Origin: Sphingobacterium thalpophilum
Lineage (GTDB): Bacteria > Bacteroidota > Bacteroidia > Sphingobacteriales > Sphingobacteriaceae
NCBI GenBank assembly: GCA_945875895.1
Contig: CAMCMG010000003.1
Coordinates: 61-64,060 of the forward strand
DNA: 64,000 nt
Direction: 5' to 3'
Position 1 is the stretch's first letter. Each line of letters begins with the position of its first letter. Both the position numbers and the translations under genes were made by a program. This document shows positions 1 through 7,265 of the stretch, one piece after another. The notes under the pieces are model-generated. The model made no database searches. It was not told the DNA's origin and saw only the letters and a list, made by a program, of their open reading frames with translations.

Positions 1-1
1 A

Positions 2-889
2 TATACCGCTCCAACAGCCATTCGTTCGCTTATGAGTTTTGGCGATGAACCTTTAAAAGGCAAAGACCTAAGCTCATTGACTAAACTAGGTTCGGTAGGA
101 GAGCCCATAAACGAAGAGGCTTGGCATTGGTACAACGAAAAAATAGGCAAAGGCAAATGCCCCATTGTAGACACGTGGTGGCAAACCGAAACCGGAGGGA
201 TCATGATTAGTCCAATAGCCGGTATAAAGCCAACTAAGCCAAGTTACGCTAGCCTTCCTTTGCCGGGTGTGCAGCCTTGTTTAGTAGATGAAAATGGAAA
301 CGAAATTGAAGGAAATGGCGTAAGCGGAAACTTGTGTATCAAATTTCCTTGGCCAGGCATTATTCGTACCACCTATGGCGATCACGAACGTTGCCGCAGC
401 ACGTATTTTAGTACTTACGCAAATAAATACTTTACAGGCGATGGTTGCCTGCGTGACGAAAACGGCTATTACCGCATTACCGGTCGAGTGGATGATGTAA
501 TGAATGTTTCGGGCCACCGTATTGGTACTGCAGAGGTAGAAAATGCCATCAATATGCATGCTGATGTGATTGAAAGTGCGGTAGTAGGCTATCCGCACGA
601 TATTAAAGGACAAGGAATTTACGCCTATGTCATTTTAGGCAGCTCTATCCACGACCACGATTTAACCCGAAAAGATATTTTGCAAACCGTTACCCGTATT
701 ATCGGTGCTATTGCCAAACCCGACAAGATTCAATTTGTAAAAGGCTTGCCCAAAACCCGCTCAGGTAAAATTATGCGACGCATTTTGCGCAAAATAGCCG
801 AGGGCGAAACCGAAAATTTGGGAGATATCAGTACTTTACTAGACCCAGCTGTAGTAGATGAAATTAAAGCCGGTGCAATGGGTTTGTAG
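2..889 (+). CDS. acs: Acetyl-CoA synthetase (AMP-forming), C-terminal part; the 5' end lies outside the window
   Basis: The frame is open from base 2 ([17 protein letters not shown]...), so the ATG at 32 is internal. [33 protein letters not shown] and [18 protein letters not shown] are canonical Acs/ANL C-terminal motifs. Confidence 0.93.
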   Translation, partial: YTAPTAIRSLMSFGDEPLKGKDLSSLTKLGSVGEPINEEAWHWYNEKIGKGKCPIVDTWWQTETGGIMISPIAGIKPTKPSYASLPLPGVQPCLVDENGNEIEGNGVSGNLCIKFPWPGIIRTTYGDHERCRSTYFSTYANKYFTGDGCLRDENGYYRITGRVDDVMNVSGHRIGTAEVENAINMHADVIESAVVGYPHDIKGQGIYAYVILGSSIHDHDLTRKDILQTVTRIIGAIAKPDKIQFVKGLPKTRSGKIMRRILRKIAEGETENLGDISTLLDPAVVDEIKAGAMGL

Positions 890-919
890 CACAGCCGCAT
901 TTATTTGTATTTTAGCTCT

Positions 920-1696
920 GTGAAAAAAACAGTAATTCTTGTTGTAAACGACGATGGTATTGATGCCCCAGGCATTAAAGCCCTAATAGATATGATGTTG
1001 CCCTTGGGTGACGTAACGGTGGTAGCACCCGATAGCCCGCAATCGGGTATGGGGCATGCCATTACCATTGGTAAACCCTTGCGTTTAGATAAAGTGCATT
1101 TATATCCGGGTGTAGAAATGTACAAATGTTCGGGCACGCCCGTAGATTGTGTGAAATTAGCCGTAAACAAGATATTTAAAGGCAAAAAGCCCGATTTATG
1201 CGTTTCGGGTATCAATCATGGACTCAATAATTCCATCAATGTAATTTATTCGGGTACCATGTCGGCGGCCGTAGAAGGGGCTATTGAAAGTATCCCATCC
1301 ATAGGGTTTTCTTTAGATGATTTTGGTTACGATGCCGATTTTAGTCCGCTAAAACCAATTGTGCAGGCGGTGGCCAAGCAAGTATTGGCCAATGGTTTGC
1401 CTGTGGGTACGCTCTTAAATGTCAATTTCCCGAAAGCCGAAAAAATAAAAGGAATTAAAATTTGCCGTCAGGCAAATGCCAAATGGGCCGAAGAGTTTGA
1501 CGAACGCCAAGACCCTTATAAACGCAATTATTATTGGCTAACCGGCGTGTTTCAAAACAACGATCAGGGTGAAGATACCGATGTGTATGCCTTGGAGCAA
1601 GGTTTTGCTTCGGTAGTGCCGGTACAATTTGATATGACCGCCCACCATGCTATCCAAACCCTTAACACGTGGAATTTTGATGTTCAAGAAGGATAG
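920..1696 (+). CDS. surE: 5'/3'-nucleotidase SurE
   Basis: ILVVNDDGIDAPGI, GINHGLN and YSGTMSAAVEG are SurE motifs. The ORF-track start at 905 is TTG. An in-frame GTG at 920 gives the usual MKKTVILVVNDDG N-terminus, but the start remains uncertain. Confidence 0.88.
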   Translation: MKKTVILVVNDDGIDAPGIKALIDMMLPLGDVTVVAPDSPQSGMGHAITIGKPLRLDKVHLYPGVEMYKCSGTPVDCVKLAVNKIFKGKKPDLCVSGINHGLNNSINVIYSGTMSAAVEGAIESIPSIGFSLDDFGYDADFSPLKPIVQAVAKQVLANGLPVGTLLNVNFPKAEKIKGIKICRQANAKWAEEFDERQDPYKRNYYWLTGVFQNNDQGEDTDVYALEQGFASVVPVQFDMTAHHAIQTLNTWNFDVQEG

Positions 1697-1943
1697 TATT
1701 TTACTCGGTATTTTGGCTGGCATTTGTTTGCCAGGGCTAGTGTTACTGGTTAACTTTTTGGTCCATAAGCAGTGGGCCATACAAAAAAGCAATGACGCAT
1801 ACTATTTTGTAGCCATTGCCCTCAATTTAATTGCTGTCCGATTTGCGTATACCTATCAGTTGGAGCGTTTAGCCAGAGGCATTATAGCCAGCAGTTTTGT
1901 AATCTGTTTGCTCGTTTTTTATCTCAGTAAACAAGCGCTATGA
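1680..1943 (+). CDS. Hypothetical small membrane protein
   Basis: The ATG at 1680 (MFKKDSILLGILAGICLPGLVLL...) is followed by hydrophobic segments. Its stop overlaps the lpxB ATG (ATGA at 1940-1943), which suggests translational coupling. I recognise no family. Confidence 0.5.
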   Translation: MFKKDSILLGILAGICLPGLVLLVNFLVHKQWAIQKSNDAYYFVAIALNLIAVRFAYTYQLERLARGIIASSFVICLLVFYLSKQAL

Positions 1944-3055
1944 AGTATTATGTTATAGCAGGCGAAGCTTCGGGCGATTTACACGGGGCCAACCTAATAA
2001 AAGCCTTAAAACAAGAAGATGCCAAAGCCGATTTTCGTGGCTTTGGTGGCGATTTAATGCAAAAAGAAGGTGCCGTTTTAGATAAACATTGTTCGGAATT
2101 GGCTTTTATGGGTTTTGTTGAAGTAGTGGCCAATTTGGGTACTATTTTTAAAAATATGAAGCTGGCCAAAGAAGCTGTATTAACCTACAAGCCTGATGCC
2201 CTTATTCTCATTGATTTTCCGGGGTTCAATTTAAAAATTGCACAATTTGCTAAAGAAAAAGGCATTCCAGTGTTCTTTTATATCTCCCCAAAAGTGTGGG
2301 CATGGAATCAGAAAAGAGTGCTCAAAATTAAAAAAGTGGTCGACCATTTGTTCTGCATTTTGCCTTTTGAGGTTGAGTTTTACAAAACCTGGGGCATGGA
2401 GGTAGATTATGTAGGAAACCCACTTATGGACGCCATTGGTGCGCATAAAGCCGATAAAAATTTCCGAAAAACGCATCAGCTTTCCGAAAAACCAATTATT
2501 GCCTTATTGCCCGGCAGCCGTAAAATGGAGCTGAAACACGTATTGCCCGATATGCTGGCTGCCAGCGATGTATTCCCCGACTATGAATGCGTTTTGGCCG
2601 GTGCACCCATGCTTAGCCAAACCGACTATGCTCCTTATTTGGGCAATCGGAAAATTAAAATCATTACCAATGCCACCTACGATTTGTTGCTTAATGCGCA
2701 AGCAGCCTTGGTTACGTCGGGTACAGCTACCTTGGAAACGGCTTTATTGAAATGCCCTGAAGTGGTATTGTATAAAGGGAATAGGCTATCTGTAGCTATT
2801 GCTCGGCTGTTGGTAAACATCAAGTTTATATCCTTGGTTAATTTGATACTCGATAAACAAGTGGTGAAAGAGCTGATTCAGGAGGACTGTAATCCCGCAG
2901 AAATAGCTACCCAATTAGGCCCTTTACTAAGCGATACGCCGCAAAGAGCCCAAATGCTGTCTGATTATAAAGCCTTAGCAAAACGAGTAGGACCTGCTGG
3001 CGCATCGGAGCGTACCGCAAAACTGGTGCAGAACTATTTGCTTAAATCAAATTAA
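1940..3055 (+). CDS. lpxB: Lipid-A-disaccharide synthase
   Basis: The N-terminus YYVIAGEASGDLHGANLIKAL and the later LLPGSR and TSGTATLE motifs are typical of LpxB (GT19), and the length of 371 aa fits. Confidence 0.9.
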   Translation: MKYYVIAGEASGDLHGANLIKALKQEDAKADFRGFGGDLMQKEGAVLDKHCSELAFMGFVEVVANLGTIFKNMKLAKEAVLTYKPDALILIDFPGFNLKIAQFAKEKGIPVFFYISPKVWAWNQKRVLKIKKVVDHLFCILPFEVEFYKTWGMEVDYVGNPLMDAIGAHKADKNFRKTHQLSEKPIIALLPGSRKMELKHVLPDMLAASDVFPDYECVLAGAPMLSQTDYAPYLGNRKIKIITNATYDLLLNAQAALVTSGTATLETALLKCPEVVLYKGNRLSVAIARLLVNIKFISLVNLILDKQVVKELIQEDCNPAEIATQLGPLLSDTPQRAQMLSDYKALAKRVGPAGASERTAKLVQNYLLKSN

Positions 3056-3094
3056 TTACCGAAAATTGCACTCCCTTCTACGGGGGATTAGCTC

Positions 3095-3111
3095 TCCCGA
3101 TAGCTATCGGG
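3095..3111. repeat. Hairpin repeat copy 1: (T)CCCGAT-AGCT-ATCGGG
   Basis: 3096-3111 (CCCGATAGCTATCGGG) is a perfect 16-nt palindrome. The stem is the same as in copies 2 and 3. Confidence 0.85.
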
Positions 3112-3123
3112 GTGGCTAGGTCG

Positions 3124-3141
3124 TCCCGATGAAAATCGGGA
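3124..3141. repeat. Hairpin repeat copy 2: TCCCGAT-GAAA-ATCGGGA
   Basis: This is a 7-bp perfect stem with a GAAA tetraloop. It sits where the anticodon arm would be in the tRNA-like copy. Confidence 0.85.
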
Positions 3142-3169
3142 AGGTGGTAGTTCGAAAAAAAATAAAACT

Positions 3170-3243
3170 GGGGGATTAGCTCATTTGGCTAGAGCGCTTC
3201 GCTGGCAGTGAAGAGGTGATCGGTTCGAATCCGATATTCTCCA
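3170..3243 (+). tRNA. tRNA-Ala (anticodon GGC)
   Basis: Hand-folded cloverleaf: acceptor GGGGGAT/ATTCTCC with the Ala identity pair G3:U70, D-stem GCTC/GAGC, anticodon stem CTTCG/TGAAG, loop CTGGCAG (anticodon GGC), and T-arm ATCGG-TTCGAAT-CCGAT. The discriminator is A and CCA is not encoded. Confidence 0.9.
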
Positions 3244-3272
3244 CAAAGGCCCTGATTTCAGGGCCTTTTTTA
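3232..3272 (+). repeat. 41-nt direct repeat, copy 1 (last 12 nt of tRNA-Ala plus terminator hairpin and T-run)
   Basis: CGATATTCTCCACAAAGGCCCTGATTTCAGGGCCTTTTTTA is identical to 3606-3646 (offset 374 nt). Confidence 0.95.
3247..3271 (+). terminator. Rho-independent terminator after tRNA-Ala
   Basis: AGGCCCTGA/TCAGGGCCT stem followed by six T. Confidence 0.75.
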
Positions 3273-3311
3273 GTTTGGCACTTTAGTGCCCTATTTTTCG
3301 TAAAGGTGAGC

Positions 3312-3563
3312 ATGACTTTCGTAGTGTATATCCTTTATTCCAAGAACCTAGATTGCTATTACATTGGCCATACCCAAAATTTGAGTATTCGTCTAAGTCA
3401 ACATAATAGCCAAGTCTCCAAATCAACAAAAAAGACTAACGATTGGGAAATAGTTTACCAAGAATGTTATGAAACAAGGTCTGCTGCGGTGCATAGAGAG
3501 TTAGCAATTAAACGCAAGAAAAGTCGCAAATACATTGAACTGTTGCTGAACAAGTTATCCTAG
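3312..3563 (+). CDS. GIY-YIG nuclease family protein (83 aa, stand-alone catalytic domain)
   Basis: MTFVVYILYSKNLDCYYIGHTQNLSIRLSQHN carries the two signature tyrosine motifs (YIL.../YIG) followed by R...H-N, with a conserved Glu region (YETRSAAVHRELAIKRK). The ORF-track start at 3216 lies inside the tRNA, so the ATG at 3312 is the sensible start. Confidence 0.85.
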   Translation: MTFVVYILYSKNLDCYYIGHTQNLSIRLSQHNSQVSKSTKKTNDWEIVYQECYETRSAAVHRELAIKRKKSRKYIELLLNKLS

Positions 3564-3574
3564 AACTTTCTAGA

Positions 3575-3617
3575 AGGTTATCGGTTCTCCCGATAGGCAT
3601 CGGGACGATATTCTCCA
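3575..3617 (+). pseudogene. tRNA-Ala 3'-half copy (variable loop, T-arm, acceptor 3' strand) interrupted by hairpin copy 3
   Basis: AGGTTATCGGTTC (3575-3587) differs by one base from AGGTGATCGGTTC in the tRNA (3214-3226). An 18-nt hairpin then replaces GAATC of the T-loop. CGATATTCTCCA that follows is identical to the tRNA 3' end. Confidence 0.6.
3588..3605. repeat. Hairpin repeat copy 3: TCCCGAT-AGGC-ATCGGGA
   Basis: It has the same 7-bp stem as copy 2 and lies 25 nt after the GIY-YIG stop codon. Confidence 0.85.
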
Positions 3618-3646
3618 CAAAGGCCCTGATTTCAGGGCCTTTTTTA
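3606..3646 (+). repeat. 41-nt direct repeat, copy 2
   Basis: Identical to 3232-3272. Confidence 0.95.
3621..3645 (+). terminator. Rho-independent terminator (duplicate of the tRNA-Ala terminator), placed after the GIY-YIG gene
   Basis: Same stem and T-run as 3247-3271. Confidence 0.7.
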
Positions 3647-3706
3647 TTGACATTTTTTTTACAATTGGGATTTGCCTACTCAGCTACCCAAGTCTATGTT
3701 TGTAGC

Positions 3707-4027
3707 GTGAAACAACGTTTGGTTTATATAACAGCTCATATTCTTTTATTCATCTTTGCTTTAGGTGTGATAGAACCCTTGTTTGCTTCATTAAAAGTAA
3801 CTGGTGCTTTTGAATATGTTGCCGATAGCCAGGCTAACTCCGAAAAAGAAGCTACAGAAAAGGAGAATTCTGCCAAAGAAAAAGAGCTTAGTTCAAACTT
3901 ATTTTACGTACAAACGGAATCTTTTTTCATGGCTGAAATACGCTATGCACACAGCCATCCATCATGCAATACCGATAGCCACCCTGGTTATTCTACGCTC
4001 CCCGAATTACCCCCGAAATCGGTTTAA
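3707..4027 (+). CDS. Hypothetical small membrane-anchored protein (weak call)
   Basis: The ORF 3647-4027 starts at a TTG inside the repeat. An in-frame GTG at 3707 would give MKQRLVYITAHILLFIFALGVIEPLF (one TM segment), then an acidic/Lys linker and a His/Cys-containing tail (YAHSHPSCNTDSHPGY). I recognise no family, and a competing overlapping ORF exists at 3804-4067. Confidence 0.3.
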   Translation: MKQRLVYITAHILLFIFALGVIEPLFASLKVTGAFEYVADSQANSEKEATEKENSAKEKELSSNLFYVQTESFFMAEIRYAHSHPSCNTDSHPGYSTLPELPPKSV

Positions 4028-4092
4028 TCGACCTTGTTTTTATATGCCAAAAAGGCGTATGTATTGATTAAACCCAAAATTTAAATTTTATT

Positions 4093-5751
4093 ATGAACAA
4101 ATTTTCTTTTGCTCAACTAAAGAGCGATTTGCCTGCGGGTATCGTCGTATTTTTAGTAGCTCTACCTTTATGTTTAGGTATTGCTTTAGCTTCTGGTGCC
4201 CCGTTTTTTTCTGGAATGATTTCTGGAATTGTAGGCGGAATTTTAGTAGGAGCCCTCAGTAACTCTCAATTAAGTGTAAGTGGCCCTGCTGCTGGTTTAG
4301 CGGCTGTGGTATTGGCATCTATTACCCAATTGGGTGCCTTCGAAACCTTTTTATTGGCCGTAGTTTTTGCTGGCTTATTTCAATTGCTTTTAGGTTTTTT
4401 AAAAGCAGGGGCTATTGCCAATTATTACCCCTCTAGTGTCATAAAAGGCCTATTAACTGCAATTGGCATCATCATCATCTTAAAGCAAATACCCTATGCC
4501 TTTGGCTACAATAAAGATGCCATAGGCGATTTAACTTTTTTGCAAGTAGATGGACAAAATAGTTTTTCAGAAATTTTAATGGCCATCAGTAAAATTCATT
4601 TAGGTGCAAGCTTAATAGCGTTCCTGTGTTTGAGCATACTGATACTATTTGAACAGCCCTTCGTTAAAAAACGTTTAAAATTATTACCGGGCGGTTTGGT
4701 AGCTGTATCACTAGCTTTAGGCCTAAACCAAGTGTTTATAAGCACCGGCAGCAGTCTTGCTATTAGTGGCGACCAATTAGTAAATGTACCTGTTGCTGCT
4801 TCTTTGTCTGATTTTTGGGGCTTCTTCACCTTCCCCGATTTTTCACAATTAAGCAACCCTCAAGTTTATTTGGTGGCTTTAACCATAGCAGCCGTTGCAT
4901 CCATAGAAACACTTTTATGTATAGAAGCGATAGATAAATTAGATCCGAAAAAGCGGGTAACCTCAACCAATAGAGAGTTAGTAGCACAGGGTATTGGCAA
5001 CATGGCTTCTGGTTTAGTTGGTGGTTTGCCCATTACGAGTGTAATTGTACGCAGTTCCGCTAATTTAAATGCCAATGCACAATCTAAGCTATCTGCCATA
5101 ATTCATGGTATGTTGTTACTAATCTGCGTAAGCTTAATTCCGACATTACTCAATAAAATTCCATTGGCAGCATTAGCTAGTATTTTATTGGTTACAGGCT
5201 ATAAATTATGTAACCCGGCACTGTTTAAACAAATGTTTAGTCTGGGTAAATATCAATGGGTGCCTTTTTTGGTAACGGTAATCTTCGTTGTTTTTACCGA
5301 TTTATTAACCGGTGTAGGTATAGGTTTGGTGGCAAGTGTATTAGCGCTATTATATGGCAATTACAGGAATTCTTATTATTTCCATAAAGAAAACCACCAC
5401 GAAGGCGATGTAATTTTAATTCACCTACCTGAAGAAGTTTCATTTTTGAATAAAGCCAGCATTAAACTAACCTTAGATCATTTACCTGCAAACAGCAGGG
5501 TGGTCATAGATGCGCAAGACGCACATTATATAGACTATGATGTGTTGGAGATTATTCGCGATTTTACAAGCATACAAGCCAAGCAAAAAAACATCGATTG
5601 TAAAACCGTGGGCTTTAAAGATCACTACGGTATAAACAATACCGATAATGTACAGTCTATAAAAGAGTACCTACCAACTTACCCGGCATTAAACTTAGCG
5701 GAGTCGGCAAAATCATTAAAAAAAGTTAAAAAATTAATTAAACTACAATGA
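4093..5751 (+). CDS. SulP family anion transporter (sulfate/bicarbonate type) with C-terminal STAS domain
   Basis: Multi-TM protein of 552 aa with GIALASG, SVSGPAAG and VRSSANLNANAQSKLS motifs typical of SulP. The soluble C-terminus (VILIHLPEEVSFLN...) is STAS-like. Confidence 0.88.
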   Translation: MNKFSFAQLKSDLPAGIVVFLVALPLCLGIALASGAPFFSGMISGIVGGILVGALSNSQLSVSGPAAGLAAVVLASITQLGAFETFLLAVVFAGLFQLLLGFLKAGAIANYYPSSVIKGLLTAIGIIIILKQIPYAFGYNKDAIGDLTFLQVDGQNSFSEILMAISKIHLGASLIAFLCLSILILFEQPFVKKRLKLLPGGLVAVSLALGLNQVFISTGSSLAISGDQLVNVPVAASLSDFWGFFTFPDFSQLSNPQVYLVALTIAAVASIETLLCIEAIDKLDPKKRVTSTNRELVAQGIGNMASGLVGGLPITSVIVRSSANLNANAQSKLSAIIHGMLLLICVSLIPTLLNKIPLAALASILLVTGYKLCNPALFKQMFSLGKYQWVPFLVTVIFVVFTDLLTGVGIGLVASVLALLYGNYRNSYYFHKENHHEGDVILIHLPEEVSFLNKASIKLTLDHLPANSRVVIDAQDAHYIDYDVLEIIRDFTSIQAKQKNIDCKTVGFKDHYGINNTDNVQSIKEYLPTYPALNLAESAKSLKKVKKLIKLQ

Positions 5752-6389
5752 GAACTCACAATAAAGAATCACAAACATCTATGACGCCAGAAATGGCAAT
5801 AGCCATTTTAAAAGAGGGCAACGAACGCTTTGTAGGCAACCTAAAATTTAACCGCAATTTATTGCAACAAGTAAACGAAACACGCGATGGCCAATGGCCT
5901 TTTGCAGTGGTTTTAAGCTGTATTGACAGTCGTACCTCGGCTGAATTGGTTTTTGACCAAGGCTTGGGCGATATTTTTAGTGTACGTATTGCCGGAAATA
6001 TTGTAAATGAAGATATTTTGGGTAGTATGGAGTTTGCCTGCAAAGTAGCGGGCTCTAAATTCATTGTGGTATTGGGCCATACCAAATGCGGTGCCGTAAA
6101 AGGTGCTTGCGACCATGTGGAACTTGGGAATTTAACCAGCCTTTTAGCCAAATTACAACCAGCTATAAGCTGTGAAACACAAACTACCCTAAATAGAGAT
6201 TCATCGAATGCTATTTTTGTAGAAAATGTGGCTAAAATTAATGTGGAAGAAGCGGTAGGTGAAATTCAAGCTAAAAGCCCTATTCTAAAAGAGATGATTG
6301 ATAAAGGCGAAATTGGCATATGTGGTGCCATGTACAATGTAGAAACTGGGCAAGTAGAGTTCTACGAACACACGCTTCGCTTAAATTAA
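5748..6389 (+). CDS. Beta-class carbonic anhydrase
   Basis: The zinc-ligand motifs SCIDSR and GHTKCGAV are present. The start overlaps the SulP stop (ATGA). Confidence 0.88.
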   Translation: MRTHNKESQTSMTPEMAIAILKEGNERFVGNLKFNRNLLQQVNETRDGQWPFAVVLSCIDSRTSAELVFDQGLGDIFSVRIAGNIVNEDILGSMEFACKVAGSKFIVVLGHTKCGAVKGACDHVELGNLTSLLAKLQPAISCETQTTLNRDSSNAIFVENVAKINVEEAVGEIQAKSPILKEMIDKGEIGICGAMYNVETGQVEFYEHTLRLN

Positions 6390-6402
6390 ATTTTGAATAG
6401 CT

Positions 6403-6437
6403 ATAGCCGCTCTGAATCAGGAGCGGCTATTTATTTT
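6403..6437 (+). terminator. Rho-independent terminator after the carbonic anhydrase gene
   Basis: 10-bp stem ATAGCCGCTC/GAGCGGCTAT with loop TGAATCAG, followed by TTATTTT. Confidence 0.75.
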
Positions 6438-6440
6438 ACT

Positions 6441-7178
6441 ATGAAAAAAATTATACTCTTTTTCGTACTCATTTGCACCCATACACTGCATGCTCAGTAT
6501 AGTCGTACGCAAGATGATAACACTATATATTGGCTCCAAACGGTAGCTAATGTAGCTATTCATCCAAAATGGACCTTGTACGCTGAACAGCAATTGCGCC
6601 AGGTGGGCGATATCGCTTCACCACAGCAGCGTTTACTCCGTTTGGGGTTAACCTATAAAATGCATCCCGATTTGAATGTGCATGCTGGCTATGGTTTTGT
6701 AAAAACATTTGCCTACGGTGATTATCCTATTGCGGCAGACGGAGCTTTCCCAGAACATCGCATCTATGAGCAACTTACCTTTAAGCAGCCAATTGCTACC
6801 TGGACTATTCAACACCGGTTTAGGCTAGAGCAACGTTGGTTGGCAAAATTATCAAGTAACCAACCCACTCAGTGGGTGTACCTCAATAGAATTCGCTACC
6901 AATTTAGAGCCCAAAAACCGCTTTTAACTAAAGCGAATAATCAGGTTTTTGCAGCGGTAGCCAATGAAGTATTTATAGGTGCAGGCAAACAACTGGGTGC
7001 CAATATTTTCGACCAGAACCGTTTTTCGGTACTGCTGGGTTATAGTGCTTCTAAAAAAATCAACTTTGAACTTGGTTATTTGTACCAAATTTTACAGCAA
7101 GGTAAACCGCTTGCAAACAACAGCGTAGTCATGCAACATAATTCGGGCTTAATTGGCGCTGCACAATTTTCTTTTTAG
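6441..7178 (+). CDS. Putative outer-membrane protein, DUF2490-like
   Basis: The ATG at 6441 gives a signal peptide (MKKIILFFVLICTHTLHAQ). The sequence is rich in alternating aromatic beta-strand patterns, and HRFRLEQRW resembles the DUF2490 hallmark as I recall it. The ORF-track start at 6393 would include the upstream terminator. Confidence 0.6.
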   Translation: MKKIILFFVLICTHTLHAQYSRTQDDNTIYWLQTVANVAIHPKWTLYAEQQLRQVGDIASPQQRLLRLGLTYKMHPDLNVHAGYGFVKTFAYGDYPIAADGAFPEHRIYEQLTFKQPIATWTIQHRFRLEQRWLAKLSSNQPTQWVYLNRIRYQFRAQKPLLTKANNQVFAAVANEVFIGAGKQLGANIFDQNRFSVLLGYSASKKINFELGYLYQILQQGKPLANNSVVMQHNSGLIGAAQFSF

Positions 7179-7206
7179 GGTTGTTTGTTTTTTATTTATC
7201 AACCGA

Positions 7207-7234
7207 AGCCACCCATAACTGGGTGGCTTTTTTT
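7207..7234 (+). terminator. Rho-independent terminator
   Basis: AGCCACCC-ATAACT-GGGTGGCT followed by seven T. Confidence 0.8.
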
Positions 7235-7265
7235 ATACGGCTAATTTTATGATATTTATCGAGCA

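Larger units (their letters stand above)
3082..3155 (+). pseudogene. Degenerate tRNA-like 5' copy (acceptor 5' strand, D-arm and T-arm 5' part only); not a functional tRNA
   Basis: 3082-3094 (GGGGGATTAGCTC) is identical to the first 13 nt of the tRNA at 3170. GTGGCTAGGTCG resembles the D-loop TTGGCTAGAGCG. AGGTGGTAGTTCGAA resembles the variable and T-arm 5' region AGGTGATCGGTTCGAA. The D-loop start and the whole anticodon arm are replaced by hairpins, and the T-stem 3' and acceptor 3' strands are missing. Confidence 0.5.

Noticed and set aside
2-889. Truncated acs as a pseudogene
   Set aside because: The reading frame is open to the first base of the window, so the truncation is caused by the window edge and is not a gene defect.
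3216-3311. Upstream extension of the GIY-YIG ORF
   Set aside because: It would translate through the tRNA-Ala 3' half and its terminator. The GIY-YIG domain begins right at the ATG at 3312.
3804-4067. 87-aa ORF overlapping ORF 3647-4027 in another frame
   Set aside because: Both cannot be real. This one is very Lys/Arg-rich, has no motif and no sensible start context. Neither ORF is strongly supported.
6393-6440. Longer start for the DUF2490-like gene
   Set aside because: The extension contains the 10-bp-stem terminator of the carbonic anhydrase gene. The signal peptide starts at the ATG at 6441.
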